Positions 30,911 to 39,738 are shown, counted from the stretch's first letter. The stretch is DNA of 64,000 bases from an uncultured virus (IMG/VR IMGVR_UViG_3300025789_000001) (IMGVR_UViG_3300025789_000001), one strand, 5' to 3'. Notes: generated from the sequence alone by a model not told the origin. Translations and numbers: made by a program.

Positions 30911-31398
30911 TGAACGCAAATGAACTAGCTGATGACATGGAAAACAGTAGATTCAATGACATCAATTACAACAAAAAGAAAGCTGCAGACTTTGTACGCC
31001 AGCAACAAGAAAAGCTGACCAAGTACGAACTGCGCCATGTTGCACAGCGTGACAGAATTGCAATACTAGAAATGCAACATAAACAGCAACAAGCTGAAAT
31101 AGAGGCGTTGAAACTGCAATTACATACCACTTTAACTAATCGTGACTTACGAACCTATGACGGCAAACTAAATATGAACAATGAACCAGTAGCGTGGTTT
31201 GAGCAAGACCCTGATATGAAGTCAGTTTGGTATCAGGCTGACCAAGACAGCCCTAATGCTATTCCACTCTACACCCATCCAGCAAAGACACTAACAGATG
31301 AGGAAATAATTGAAATTTGGAGTGGCATGGAAACTGACACAGGCGAACAAAACATTATTTTTGCTAGAGCAATACTAAGAAAGGCACAAGAGAAATGA
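30910..31398 (+). CDS. Modular hypothetical protein (internal MNNEPVAW, LTDEEI, FARAILRKAQEK blocks)
   Basis: TAATG coupling; shares DNA blocks with 31607..31924. Confidence 0.65.
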   Translation: MNANELADDMENSRFNDINYNKKKAADFVRQQQEKLTKYELRHVAQRDRIAILEMQHKQQQAEIEALKLQLHTTLTNRDLRTYDGKLNMNNEPVAWFEQDPDMKSVWYQADQDSPNAIPLYTHPAKTLTDEEIIEIWSGMETDTGEQNIIFARAILRKAQEK

Positions 31399-31610
31399 AT
31401 GGTAACGATTTAACAATCAACCGAGATATGAGCCAATACACAATTTTGGCATCTCCTGAACCGATTGGATATTGGCAGATTACACCTGAGGTAAAAGGTG
31501 GTTGGTCTACAAGGTTTGCTGTGTATGCGCCACTAAATCCAACGCATATTAAAAACACAGAAGAATTGCTTGGTTGGAAATGGATTGATGGAAAGGCACA
31601 AGAGAGATGA
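31395..31610 (+). CDS. Hypothetical protein
   Basis: ATGA-coupled at both ends; ends GKAQER. Confidence 0.6.
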   Translation: MNGNDLTINRDMSQYTILASPEPIGYWQITPEVKGGWSTRFAVYAPLNPTHIKNTEELLGWKWIDGKAQER

Positions 31611-31924
31611 ACAATGAACCAGTAGCGTGGATGGATAAAGAAAGCAATATCACCATGATTGGTGGTATTTACCCAAAAAAGCTAGAGCAATATTTAAGCG
31701 TATTAGAATCTAGGATTATTGCTTTGGAATCCCATCCAGCAAAGACACTAACAGATGACCCATTGGTTAATTTCAAACCTGTATGGCAAGAAAAGTCTGA
31801 ACTGACACTAACAGATGAGGAAATACGGAAGGTAGCAGATGAAGTGTTTAAAGACTACAAGAATTGGCATCACTACCAAATAGATTTTGCTAGAGCAATA
31901 CTAAGAAAGGCACAAGAGAAATGA
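31607..31924 (+). CDS. Modular hypothetical protein (MNNEPVAW...LTDEEI...FARAILRKAQEK)
   Basis: Shares identical DNA blocks with 30910..31398. Confidence 0.65.
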   Translation: MNNEPVAWMDKESNITMIGGIYPKKLEQYLSVLESRIIALESHPAKTLTDDPLVNFKPVWQEKSELTLTDEEIRKVADEVFKDYKNWHHYQIDFARAILRKAQEK

Positions 31925-32064
31925 GCTCTTGGCTAATTATCGTTACAGGTCTTATTTATCTTTATATTGGCTGTGAACAAGGGTTTAAAGGCAATATTGC
32001 TTTGTGTATTACTTATGTTAGTTATGCTGCTGCTAACGTAGGTCTTTACTTAATGGCCAAATGA
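31921..32064 (+). CDS. Small membrane protein, 47 aa (not in ORF track)
   Basis: MSSWLIIVTGLIYLYIG...YAAANVGLYLMAK; ATGA-coupled. Confidence 0.6.
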   Translation: MSSWLIIVTGLIYLYIGCEQGFKGNIALCITYVSYAAANVGLYLMAK

Positions 32065-32648
32065 CTGCCGTTCACTTACCAGCTCATGGGCTGACCTTCG
32101 TCCATATCCCTAAAAATGCAGGCAATTCTGTATTAAAGTGGTTTCATAATCATCGGGATCATTTAGGGCAAGTTATGTTTTTGGAATACCACCAAAGCTT
32201 GACCCAGATGGCCTGTTATCTTCCTATTATGCTAACCTTTGCCATAGTTAGAAATCCGTATGCCAGAGTTGTTAGTGGCTACTTATATGCCAGAGATGGG
32301 CAATCAGACTGGTGCAAGCACTATCGGGCTAAGAATGGGCTAGATAAAGACTTTCCTGACTTTGCTACTTTTGTAGATCGGCTTGAGACTTATAAGACTA
32401 TGCACTGGTTTGACTCGGCCACAAATCAATATGAATGGATAGCCAACGGGGTTAATTTTCTGCTTCGGTTAGAAACCTTAGACGAAGATTTCAAGATTAT
32501 TCAAGATTTATTAGGAATTTATACGCCTTTGGGTAAAGAAAACCATATTGATCAAGGGCGTTACCAGGACTACTACACCGATAAAGAGATAAAAAAGATA
32601 TCTAAGGTCTTTGAGCATGACCTAGACTTCTTTAAATACTCATACTAG
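32061..32648 (+). CDS. Sulfotransferase family protein
   Basis: FVHIPKNAG (5'-PSB), VRNPYARVVSGY (3'-PB), D...F.Y C-terminus. Confidence 0.85.
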   Translation: MTAVHLPAHGLTFVHIPKNAGNSVLKWFHNHRDHLGQVMFLEYHQSLTQMACYLPIMLTFAIVRNPYARVVSGYLYARDGQSDWCKHYRAKNGLDKDFPDFATFVDRLETYKTMHWFDSATNQYEWIANGVNFLLRLETLDEDFKIIQDLLGIYTPLGKENHIDQGRYQDYYTDKEIKKISKVFEHDLDFFKYSY

Positions 32649-33245
32649 CTTTACTATCCCCATTCTTTTTATGTCTTCGTCAGATAGATCGGGGACAAAT
32701 CTAAATCCACAGATGATTCTATTTGGCTGTTGGGCGTTGCCCTTGTGCAAGATGGTGGTATTGACCAGCGCAGCCCGTTTATCGTAATAAAGACGGCATA
32801 TTTCTTTTGTCTTTTCTACTTCAATAAAAGCAAAGTTGCGGTCTGGAACCATCCCGAACTGGGCTGTGTCATGTAACACTTTGATATCGGTGCTATGCCA
32901 TGAAGTGTAAGAACCCTCATAATCAATCAGGCCAATATTCAAGGACTGGGTTAGGTATTTAGGATCATAAGTATCAACATGAACCATGCCATCAGCTTCT
33001 GCCGTAGTTTTCTTGGTTATTAACAATCTATCGAACTTGTCTAATAACTGCATTTTTTTGAGATATTTCACAACTTCTTGGCAGTTTTCTATGACATCTT
33101 CTTTTGAAATGTTATAGGCCGTAGGATTTGTCCTGACTCCTGATTCGCCAGCATTAACCAAATCAATCAGCTCTTGCCTAATCACTTCTAAATTAGGAAT
33201 ATCAACGTAGCTGTAGAACCAGTTGGGATGAACGGGTTTATACAA
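32640..33245 (-). CDS. Putative 2OG-Fe(II) oxygenase-like protein
   Basis: HVD...SLNI...LVNTTILH......R..CGFRF jelly-roll pattern. Confidence 0.55.
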   Translation of the reverse strand: MYKPVHPNWFYSYVDIPNLEVIRQELIDLVNAGESGVRTNPTAYNISKEDVIENCQEVVKYLKKMQLLDKFDRLLITKKTTAEADGMVHVDTYDPKYLTQSLNIGLIDYEGSYTSWHSTDIKVLHDTAQFGMVPDRNFAFIEVEKTKEICRLYYDKRAALVNTTILHKGNAQQPNRIICGFRFVPDLSDEDIKRMGIVKLV

Positions 33246-33708
33246 CAGGCTTTTTCCAAATGATGGGTTGATCTGATCCTGCCGTATAAACCTTAACGGG
33301 CTCTCCTGAATACAGATCGCTTTGACACGCTGCCCAGCAAGCTTCTTCTGCTTTATGACCTAATGCCATGACTGCTAGGGCTGCTGCCGTGCCACTGCCG
33401 ATAGCATCGACATCCGTATGCTCCCAAAACTCTAGGTCTTTTCCAGCCACAAACAGCCCATCGTTGGATAACAGCATAAAGTCGGCATCGTTTTCAATCT
33501 TAATGACGGGTGGTTTACCCTTTTTGCCGTCTCTAAACCACTCTACGACCTTCTGAACACTCATGAGATCACCAGCTCCTGCCAGCCAGCCCTGAGGAAC
33601 TTTAAATACCTTAGGCAGGTTAAAGGCTTTGGTATCGGAATCATCATCCGAAGTCTGGCTATCTGAGACAAGGATCTTGCGTTTAGCATCACCGATAATG
33701 GTTGTCAT
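33238..33708 (-). CDS. Ntn-hydrolase (HslV/proteasome beta-like) protein
   Basis: Starts MTTII (N-terminal Thr nucleophile), SDSQ, AGAG, AIGSG, D.YSG. Confidence 0.75.
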   Translation of the reverse strand: MTTIIGDAKRKILVSDSQTSDDDSDTKAFNLPKVFKVPQGWLAGAGDLMSVQKVVEWFRDGKKGKPPVIKIENDADFMLLSNDGLFVAGKDLEFWEHTDVDAIGSGTAAALAVMALGHKAEEACWAACQSDLYSGEPVKVYTAGSDQPIIWKKPVV

Positions 33709-34673
33709 ATTTCTAAAATCTCCCCACGAAACTCTACTTTATCTTCGCCACAGACCATAATTAGCTCGGGTTGTAGCATTCGGCCTTCATCAAAGGATAG
33801 CATGACAAACCCAGACCGCCAGTCTTTGGGGCCATCTTCACAGTATTCAAAGGTAGGGCTCATAGGATCGGCTAAACAGCCCGTTTGAACGCCCCAAAAG
33901 GTATTCTGTTGATAGCCGTTTATAGGGCTTGCACAGAGCACATGGGTGTGTCCTGTGACGATGTTACAAAAAGCCGCCTGGACGTTGCCATAGCCCGCTG
34001 TACGGCCTCCTTTGAGGCGATGCTTGATAACGGTATCCTCGCCCACCCAAAAGCTCCAACAAGTCTCCCAATTCGGGAAATGGTATTTCAGGCTGAACCC
34101 GTCAACACCGCTATATTCAGGAACTTTGTTGACCAGCCAAGATTCATACCGCATATCGTGGTTACCCAGTGTCCATATGAGTCGGCAACCAGCTGGCCTG
34201 ACCTTTTCAATTTCGTTTAAATGCCAACGACAGGCTTCTAATTCTTCTAAAACTGTGGGTTTGGCATCGTAATTGATGGAAGGAAAGCGAGAGAGAACTT
34301 GTCCGTCAAACGCATCACCGTTACAAACGATGACTTGGGGCTTAAAATGTTTGATAAATTTGATTAGGGCTTTGAAGGCGGTGGTGGTTTCATCTGTGAA
34401 ATGGGCATCAGAAAAGACAATTACCCGTTTGCATTTGTCAATTTCTATGCCCCGTCTAACATTATGGGCAGCCAATTCAACTTTGGTGGGCTTCTTTTGA
34501 TCCCGCTGGGAATTATGGGTAGGAAGCTCAATTCCATAGCGTATTTCTAAGTTTCTTCGCCTAGCTAAAGTGCTTCTAGGGTTTATACCTAGTTTTTTAC
34601 CTACTAATGTGGGGCTTCCCAATTCTTTCCAGACCTTGATAAACTCTTTATCCGACTCTGTTATTATCTTCAT
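33705..34673 (-). CDS. Calcineurin-like metallophosphoesterase with N-terminal HTH-like region
   Basis: SDAH, NGDAFD, GNHD, GHTH motifs. Confidence 0.85.
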   Translation of the reverse strand: MKIITESDKEFIKVWKELGSPTLVGKKLGINPRSTLARRRNLEIRYGIELPTHNSQRDQKKPTKVELAAHNVRRGIEIDKCKRVIVFSDAHFTDETTTAFKALIKFIKHFKPQVIVCNGDAFDGQVLSRFPSINYDAKPTVLEELEACRWHLNEIEKVRPAGCRLIWTLGNHDMRYESWLVNKVPEYSGVDGFSLKYHFPNWETCWSFWVGEDTVIKHRLKGGRTAGYGNVQAAFCNIVTGHTHVLCASPINGYQQNTFWGVQTGCLADPMSPTFEYCEDGPKDWRSGFVMLSFDEGRMLQPELIMVCGEDKVEFRGEILEI

Positions 34674-34678
34674 ATGCT

Positions 34679-34687
34679 CCCTAGCAA
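34679..34687 (-). promoter_or_regulatory. Variant box (TTGCTAGGG) overlapping SD of the phosphoesterase gene
   Basis: 5 nt before ATG 34673; both changes remain G-U-compatible with the sRNA seed. Confidence 0.5.
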
Positions 34688-34759
34688 GATGTTGATGGGT
34701 ACGGCAATAGTAGGTTAGTAGTATTTCACTTTTGTTAAACCCATGAATAATAACAGATT

Positions 34760-35050
34760 ATGTATAGAAACAGGAAGCTTTTAGATGTCTTACGAAAATC
34801 CCCATGCCAACACTGTGGTAGCTCTGACGGCACAGTCGTGGCTGCCCACGCCAACTTGCTCAGACTTGGAAAAGGAAAAGGAATTAAATGTCCCGACTTT
34901 TACACAGCTGCCCTATGCTTTCGCTGTCACACAGAGCTGGATCAAGGCAAGAACCTATCCAAGATACAGCGGGAAGAAATGTGGATAGAAGCCTATCTCA
35001 AGACCCAAGCATGGCTGTGGGAAAATGGCCACATAAATACTAGCAGTTGA
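34760..35050 (+). CDS. HNH/Zn-finger nuclease-like protein (DUF1364/Ref-like)
   Basis: PCQHCG...VAAHAN...GKG.GIK...LCFRCH. Confidence 0.7.
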   Translation: MYRNRKLLDVLRKSPCQHCGSSDGTVVAAHANLLRLGKGKGIKCPDFYTAALCFRCHTELDQGKNLSKIQREEMWIEAYLKTQAWLWENGHINTSS

Positions 35051-35076
35051 CACATTTTCCATATATGTGCTATATT
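35047..35076 (+). promoter_or_regulatory. Sigma70-like promoter of the sRNA
   Basis: TTGACA-18 nt-TATATT with extended -10 TGn. Confidence 0.7.
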
Positions 35077-35082
35077 TAGTAT

Positions 35083-35212
35083 TGTCTACCCTGTAGACCG
35101 CACCCGTCACTCATATCCTAGCAGAATGATACTTGTGCAACGCAAGCCCCAGCGGATCCACGATCCCCTTAGAGCCCTTAGATTTCCCCTGATCTAAGGG
35201 CTCTTCCTTTTG
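35083..35212 (+). ncRNA. Putative trans-acting sRNA (~125-130 nt) carrying the anti-CTGCTAGGA seed
   Basis: Lies between a promoter and a terminator; no convincing ORF; hairpins GTCTAC/GTAGAC, GCAC/GTGC, GGATC/GATCC; TCCTAGCAG at 35116-35124. Confidence 0.65.
35171..35212 (+). terminator. Intrinsic terminator
   Basis: 13-bp perfect stem AGAGCCCTTAGAT/ATCTAAGGGCTCT followed by TCCTTTTG. Confidence 0.7.
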
Positions 35213-35214
35213 TA

Positions 35215-35243
35215 CTTGCAGAAAATATTTTTTACGCTATACT
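35215..35243 (+). promoter_or_regulatory. Sigma70-like promoter of the long structured RNA
   Basis: (C)TTGCA...TATACT at 35238-35243; spacer contains the palindrome AAAATATTTT. Confidence 0.6.
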
Positions 35244-35247
35244 AAAA

Positions 35248-35550
35248 GGGCTAGGATATAAGACGGGGACAAACGATTAAATTCGTCTGTCTGCCTCTTT
35301 ATATCTTTGCCTAGCCCGTACTCATTGGTGTTGCTACGGTAAAGGCTGTAAATACCCCTAGAAGAAACTATGGCAAAATGCCCCCAGCTTACCGTGATTG
35401 CTTGGTAAGATATGGGAACCGTCCTGTATATGGATAGACCGATGAGTGATAATGACAGACCTAGGCACGACAAAGACATCGAAGCAATTATGTAAGAAAG
35501 AACTCAGCAAGACTGAAAGCACCTATTCCTCATAGTAGGGATAGGTGTAT
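35248..35550 (+). ncRNA. Putative ~300-nt structured RNA / leader (or origin region)
   Basis: Helices 35248-55/35310-17, 35320-29/35438-47, 35336-48/35385-95, 35519-30/35537-48, several with G-U pairs. Confidence 0.5.
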
Positions 35551-35576
35551 CCTGAATCTAGCAATCCTGAACGAAT

Positions 35577-36005
35577 ATGAAGACAGCCAAATTTATACAA
35601 GAAATACATGATCTCTGTGATCCTCCAGCGAGAGAAGCAATCATTAAGTATGTTAAAGATGAATGGAATCTACTAGCAGAAGATTATGAGAAATACAAGG
35701 TAGATCTCTTAATTAAAAATCAATCAGGTAAATCAATTGGTTATGCTGAGTTGGAGCTGCGCAACTGGGAGTCGTGCCCGTATCCGACTATTCATATTCC
35801 ACAGCGTAAGAAAAAGTTATTTGATAACGATATGCCTACTGTCTACTTCGTAGTGAACCGCCCACTGACGATGGCATACTACATCAATACAAACAAGATC
35901 TTAGAACAACCGCTTAGAGAAATTGCCAATAAACGATTAACAGATGGTGAGTATTTTTACGATGTGCCAAAAGAAATGTTCAGCGTAATCCACTTGAAGT
36001 CTTAA
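35577..36005 (+). CDS. Putative PD-(D/E)XK-fold nuclease-like protein
   Basis: YKVDL...YAELELRNW...IHIPQRK. Confidence 0.55.
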   Translation: MKTAKFIQEIHDLCDPPAREAIIKYVKDEWNLLAEDYEKYKVDLLIKNQSGKSIGYAELELRNWESCPYPTIHIPQRKKKLFDNDMPTVYFVVNRPLTMAYYINTNKILEQPLREIANKRLTDGEYFYDVPKEMFSVIHLKS

Positions 36006-36022
36006 TCTCTTTTTGATAAAAT
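35994..36022 (+). promoter_or_regulatory. Sigma70-like promoter of the replication genes
   Basis: TTGAAG-17 nt-TAAAAT with extended TGn. Confidence 0.6.
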
Positions 36023-36033
36023 AATAGCTCCAA

Positions 36034-36042
36034 CTGCTAGGA
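36034..36042 (+). promoter_or_regulatory. CTGCTAGGA box overlapping SD
   Basis: AACTGCTAGGAGA, 7 nt before ATG 36050. Confidence 0.75.
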
Positions 36043-36049
36043 GATTTAG

Positions 36050-36319
36050 ATGGACTTTTACAACGAACAGATCGTAGAACTCACTGACACTGTAGTATCC
36101 TTAGACCAAGAATTAACATTAGCAAAAGACATCATCGCAGCCCATAGATGGGATGCTACCGAGATTGAAGTAGATTGGATTCATGACCTTGTCACCGAGC
36201 TTCGGGAACAAGTTAGGATTCAAGAAATTGAAATTGAAGCTCTCAAAGATTCCCGCAATATGTTTCAAGAAAGAAACGCAGAACTAATCCGTCAAGTAAA
36301 AGCGCTCAAGAAAAAATAA
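36050..36319 (+). CDS. Hypothetical coiled-coil protein
   Basis: Strong SD; TAATG-coupled to the helicase gene. Confidence 0.65.
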   Translation: MDFYNEQIVELTDTVVSLDQELTLAKDIIAAHRWDATEIEVDWIHDLVTELREQVRIQEIEIEALKDSRNMFQERNAELIRQVKALKKK

Positions 36320-37818
36320 TGGAGCTCTTATTACGGGAACACCAAGAAGGTGTTGTGGAGAAACTTCGTCAAGGGTTTCGAGAAGGCCATCGTTGCCAGC
36401 TTTTGTATGCACCCACTGGCTTTGGCAAAACAGAAGTAGCAATCTATTTAATGAAGGCTACGGCTGATAATTATCATAAAGCAGCGATGATTCTTGATCG
36501 TATTGTATTGATTGATCAGACCTCTAAACGCTTAGATAAATACTCGATTGCTCATGGCGTATTACAGGCTCAACATAAACGCCAAGATAAGACCAGGCGC
36601 ATTCAAATATGTTCGTCACAAACTATCGAGAGAAGAAATAACTTCCCCGATATTGATCTATTGATCGTAGACGAATGCCATATCACTCGGTCAGAAATTA
36701 CCAAGATCATCAAGAACAATGACAAGATTAAAGTCATTGGCTTGACCGCCACCCCGTTTACTAAAGGGCTAGGTTCTATCTATTCCAATGTGGTCTGTGC
36801 TTCGACAACTGAATCTTTAGTCGATGGTGAATGGCTATGTCCTCTCAAAGTCTACATCTCCAAAGAGATTGACATGGCTGGGGTCAAAAAGATTGCTGGT
36901 GAATGGAGTCCTGATCAAGTCACTGAACGGGGGATGCAGATCACTGGTGATATTGTGGCTGAATGGGCAAAGAAGACTTATGAAGTCTTTGGCAAACCCA
37001 TGAAGACTATTGTATTTTGTGCTGGTGTAAAGCATGGAGAAGATTTAGTAGAACAATTTGCCCGCAAGGGTTTTAACTTTGTCAGCATATCCTACAAGGA
37101 TAGTGGTGAATACAAACAGGAGGTAATTGATGACTTCGCTAGACTCGATACAAACATTCATGGGCTTATTGCTACTGATATTCTTACTCGTGGCTTCGAT
37201 GTTCCTGATGTATGTATTGGTATATCAGCTCGTCCTTTTAGTAAATCACTTAGCTCCCATGTTCAGCAGATGGGTCGGGTTATGCGATCTCACCCTACTA
37301 AACAGTTTGGTTTGTGGTTAGACCATTCAGGAAATTACATTCGTTTTAGAGATGACTGGGAAAGAATTTATTCTGAAGGTGTCAAGAATTTGGATGACAC
37401 TGGCGAGAAGACCAAAAGAGAACCAACAGAAAAGGAAAAGAAAGAACAGAAATGCCCAGCGTGTTCGGCACTCTGGCCTAGATCGTCTTCGTCATGTGCT
37501 TCGTGTGGCTATGTTAGACCGAAAAAGCAGATTGAGACCGTGTCAGGTGAATTAGTCGAGCTTGGCTTTGACAAAAATGCCAAGAAAGACGATAAACAAA
37601 AGTTCTATTCAGAGCTGATATACATCGCCAATGAAAAGAATTACAACATTAACTGGGCATCGCATATCTATAAACAGAAATTCGGAGTCTGGCCTCGTGG
37701 TTTACAAGAGTATCCCCGCATAGCCAGCTTAGAAACACAGAAGTATGTCAAACACAGAACCATCGCTTTTAGTAAACGCTTAAAGAAAATGAAGGTAAAC
37801 AATGCAGGAGTTCGTTAA
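36319..37818 (+). CDS. Superfamily 2 DNA helicase (SSL2/RadD-like) with C-terminal Zn finger
   Basis: APTGFGKT, DECH, GLTATP, RGFDVPD, QQMGRVMR, CPAC...CASCG. Confidence 0.92.
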   Translation: MELLLREHQEGVVEKLRQGFREGHRCQLLYAPTGFGKTEVAIYLMKATADNYHKAAMILDRIVLIDQTSKRLDKYSIAHGVLQAQHKRQDKTRRIQICSSQTIERRNNFPDIDLLIVDECHITRSEITKIIKNNDKIKVIGLTATPFTKGLGSIYSNVVCASTTESLVDGEWLCPLKVYISKEIDMAGVKKIAGEWSPDQVTERGMQITGDIVAEWAKKTYEVFGKPMKTIVFCAGVKHGEDLVEQFARKGFNFVSISYKDSGEYKQEVIDDFARLDTNIHGLIATDILTRGFDVPDVCIGISARPFSKSLSSHVQQMGRVMRSHPTKQFGLWLDHSGNYIRFRDDWERIYSEGVKNLDDTGEKTKREPTEKEKKEQKCPACSALWPRSSSSCASCGYVRPKKQIETVSGELVELGFDKNAKKDDKQKFYSELIYIANEKNYNINWASHIYKQKFGVWPRGLQEYPRIASLETQKYVKHRTIAFSKRLKKMKVNNAGVR

Positions 37819-38620
37819 TTTCGCAAGAGAACATGGCTTGATTATGAATAACAATCTTGTCATGGACAGATGGGTAGCCACCCCAACAGAAGATCATCCA
37901 AGATCCACAAACGGTAGATATAAATTCTTAGGCAATGTCGGCTGGGCTATCAACTGGGCAACAATGGATAAACCCGCCACCTGGTTTGCTGAAGGTGTCA
38001 GCAAGACCGAAATCAAAAAACAAATGTCTTCGTCAAACGATTCAAGGAAAAAAGAGGCACAGGCTGCAGCAGAAAAAGCACAGTGGATTTTGTCTCAATG
38101 CAGTTTGGAATCGCATCCATACCTTGAACGCAAGGGATTTAAAAACGAACAGGGAAATGTCTTCGTCAAAGGGCTCGACAAACTGTTAGTTATTCCCATG
38201 CGGATACAGGGCTCTGTGGTGGGATGCCAGCTCATCGACCACGAGGGGAACAAAAAGTTCTTGCATGGTCAGACGAGCAAGGGGGCAACTTTTACGATTG
38301 GGACACGAGGCACTGCAATATTCTGCGAAGGGTATGCCACTGGCCTCAGTGTCAGGGATATCATGACCAAAATGAATCTCCCTTATACGATCCACATCTG
38401 CTTCTCCGCAAACAACATGGAGCTCATAGCAAGGAACATCGGGAAGGGGCTGATTATCGCTGATAACGATAGCAGTGGTGTTGGAGAGATGGTGGCCAAA
38501 AAGACACAAAAGCCGTATTGGATCTCCCCAGCAACTGGGGAGGATTTTAATGACTACCATATGAGAGTCGGCAATTTCAAGGCTTCTCAGGATTTAAAGA
38601 GGTTGCTACTTTCCTTATAA
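37802..38620 (+). CDS. TOPRIM-domain DNA primase
   Basis: HPYLERKG, CEGYATG, IIADND, DFND. Confidence 0.85.
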   Translation: MQEFVNFAREHGLIMNNNLVMDRWVATPTEDHPRSTNGRYKFLGNVGWAINWATMDKPATWFAEGVSKTEIKKQMSSSNDSRKKEAQAAAEKAQWILSQCSLESHPYLERKGFKNEQGNVFVKGLDKLLVIPMRIQGSVVGCQLIDHEGNKKFLHGQTSKGATFTIGTRGTAIFCEGYATGLSVRDIMTKMNLPYTIHICFSANNMELIARNIGKGLIIADNDSSGVGEMVAKKTQKPYWISPATGEDFNDYHMRVGNFKASQDLKRLLLSL

Positions 38621-38927
38621 ACCTAGCTTCAATCTGCCTGATCCTTTCACGATTAAGAACAAAAGTATTACCCACTGATTGTAGCGTATGACCTTCTGCC
38701 CTCATCTTCAGGATATTCCAGTATTTTTCCCGTAGGGTTTTATTATTGGATTTAAAGAGTATGTCAAACTTCTCACGACTGGGAAAGTCCACCAGCTTGT
38801 AAGGGGCATCGCCCCCTACAAACACTGGCACTTTACCCTTGCACTTGCTTAGGTTCATCCTGTCCTTTCTCAATGATGACATAGCCTGTTTCATCAATGT
38901 AGTATTGCTGGCCTGATTCTTTGGCAC
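38577..38927 (-). CDS. Sigma70 region-4-like HTH protein
   Basis: TLQSVGNTFVLNRERIRQIEAR. Confidence 0.7.
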   Translation of the reverse strand: MPKNQASNTTLMKQAMSSLRKDRMNLSKCKGKVPVFVGGDAPYKLVDFPSREKFDILFKSNNKTLREKYWNILKMRAEGHTLQSVGNTFVLNRERIRQIEARFIRKVATSLNPEKP

Positions 38928-39290
38928 TAATCAATCTTTTCTGTTGCCATTTAGAATTGGCTTCCATCCATTGCTGGGCATCTTTATCGGCTTGATTCAT
39001 TGTTAATCTCCTTTATTTTTTCCAATGCTTCTTTCTTTGTTACAAAAACCAAGTTATCGCCAACATGATCTACATATTCATCATAATTATTTTTATCCTG
39101 AATAATCCAATAATTTTCTTGCAATTCTACTGGTCTCCAATTCATGTTGATACCTCCATCAAAAATTTATGAACAGATGCTTCAAACTCAGAAAATTCTT
39201 TCTGATCAACTTGGCAATAATCTTTTGGATTCTCGATATCAATTACCATTAAAGAATCCCCGCAAAGAACATATTCGTTGTCATCGTCCA

Positions 39291-39518
39291 TTACTCTAAC
39301 CATTTTGACCATCCTTCAGAAAAATAAATTTCACCTTTAAATTCTGCTGGGATCAAGTAACCGCTATATCCATGTTTGACCATGAAATCATCGGCATCTG
39401 TTTCGTCCATCAGCAACTGGCATTTAATTTCGTGGATGACTGCACAGGGGAATGTATCTCTTCCTTTGCAAAAGTCCCCAAACTCGATATCACCAAACAA
39501 TACTAAATTTTTAGGCAT
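39291..39518 (-). CDS. Hypothetical early protein
   Basis: ATGA/TAATG-coupled small ORF. Confidence 0.55.
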   Translation of the reverse strand: MPKNLVLFGDIEFGDFCKGRDTFPCAVIHEIKCQLLMDETDADDFMVKHGYSGYLIPAEFKGEIYFSEGWSKWLE

Positions 39519-39738
39519 GATCTAACTCCATTATTCTAAATTCATCCAATTCATACAAAGAATCAATATTGCCAGCGTTGTATTCCATGAGCTCATCCTC
39601 AAGAAATTCATTGAGGGCATCTAAGGCTTCTTTGTATGTTCTATAAATGGACGGGATCATTACCCCGTCCTCATTCTCTTCACTCCAGCAATTTATCCAT
39701 CCATCGCATAGCGTGTAATGTTGAACTTCAAACATCAA
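39511..39738 (-). CDS. Hypothetical early protein (acidic)
   Basis: FEVQHYTLCDGWINCWS; SD AGGAG. Confidence 0.65.
   Translation of the reverse strand: MMFEVQHYTLCDGWINCWSEENEDGVMIPSIYRTYKEALDALNEFLEDELMEYNAGNIDSLYELDEFRIMELDHA

Larger units (their letters stand above)
31174..31924 (+). repeat. Dispersed identical direct repeats across adjacent small genes
   Basis: 24 nt at 31174/31607; 28 nt at 31274/31731; 40 nt at 31359/31885; partial copy at 31591-31610. Confidence 0.9.

Noticed and set aside
31174..31924. Repeats considered as a CRISPR array or DGR template/variable pair
   Set aside because: No regular repeat-spacer period, no adenine-specific mismatches, and no reverse transcriptase or cas genes; the repeats are in-frame coding blocks
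33371..33380. ACTGCTAGGG near-copy of the box (also CCTAGCAG near 63707 and TTGCTAGGA near 12384)
   Set aside because: Inside coding regions and not at a start site; treated as background occurrences
35237..35479. 80-aa minus-strand ORF in the structured region
   Set aside because: No SD and no recognisable motif; plus-strand promoter and G-U-containing helices favour a plus-strand RNA
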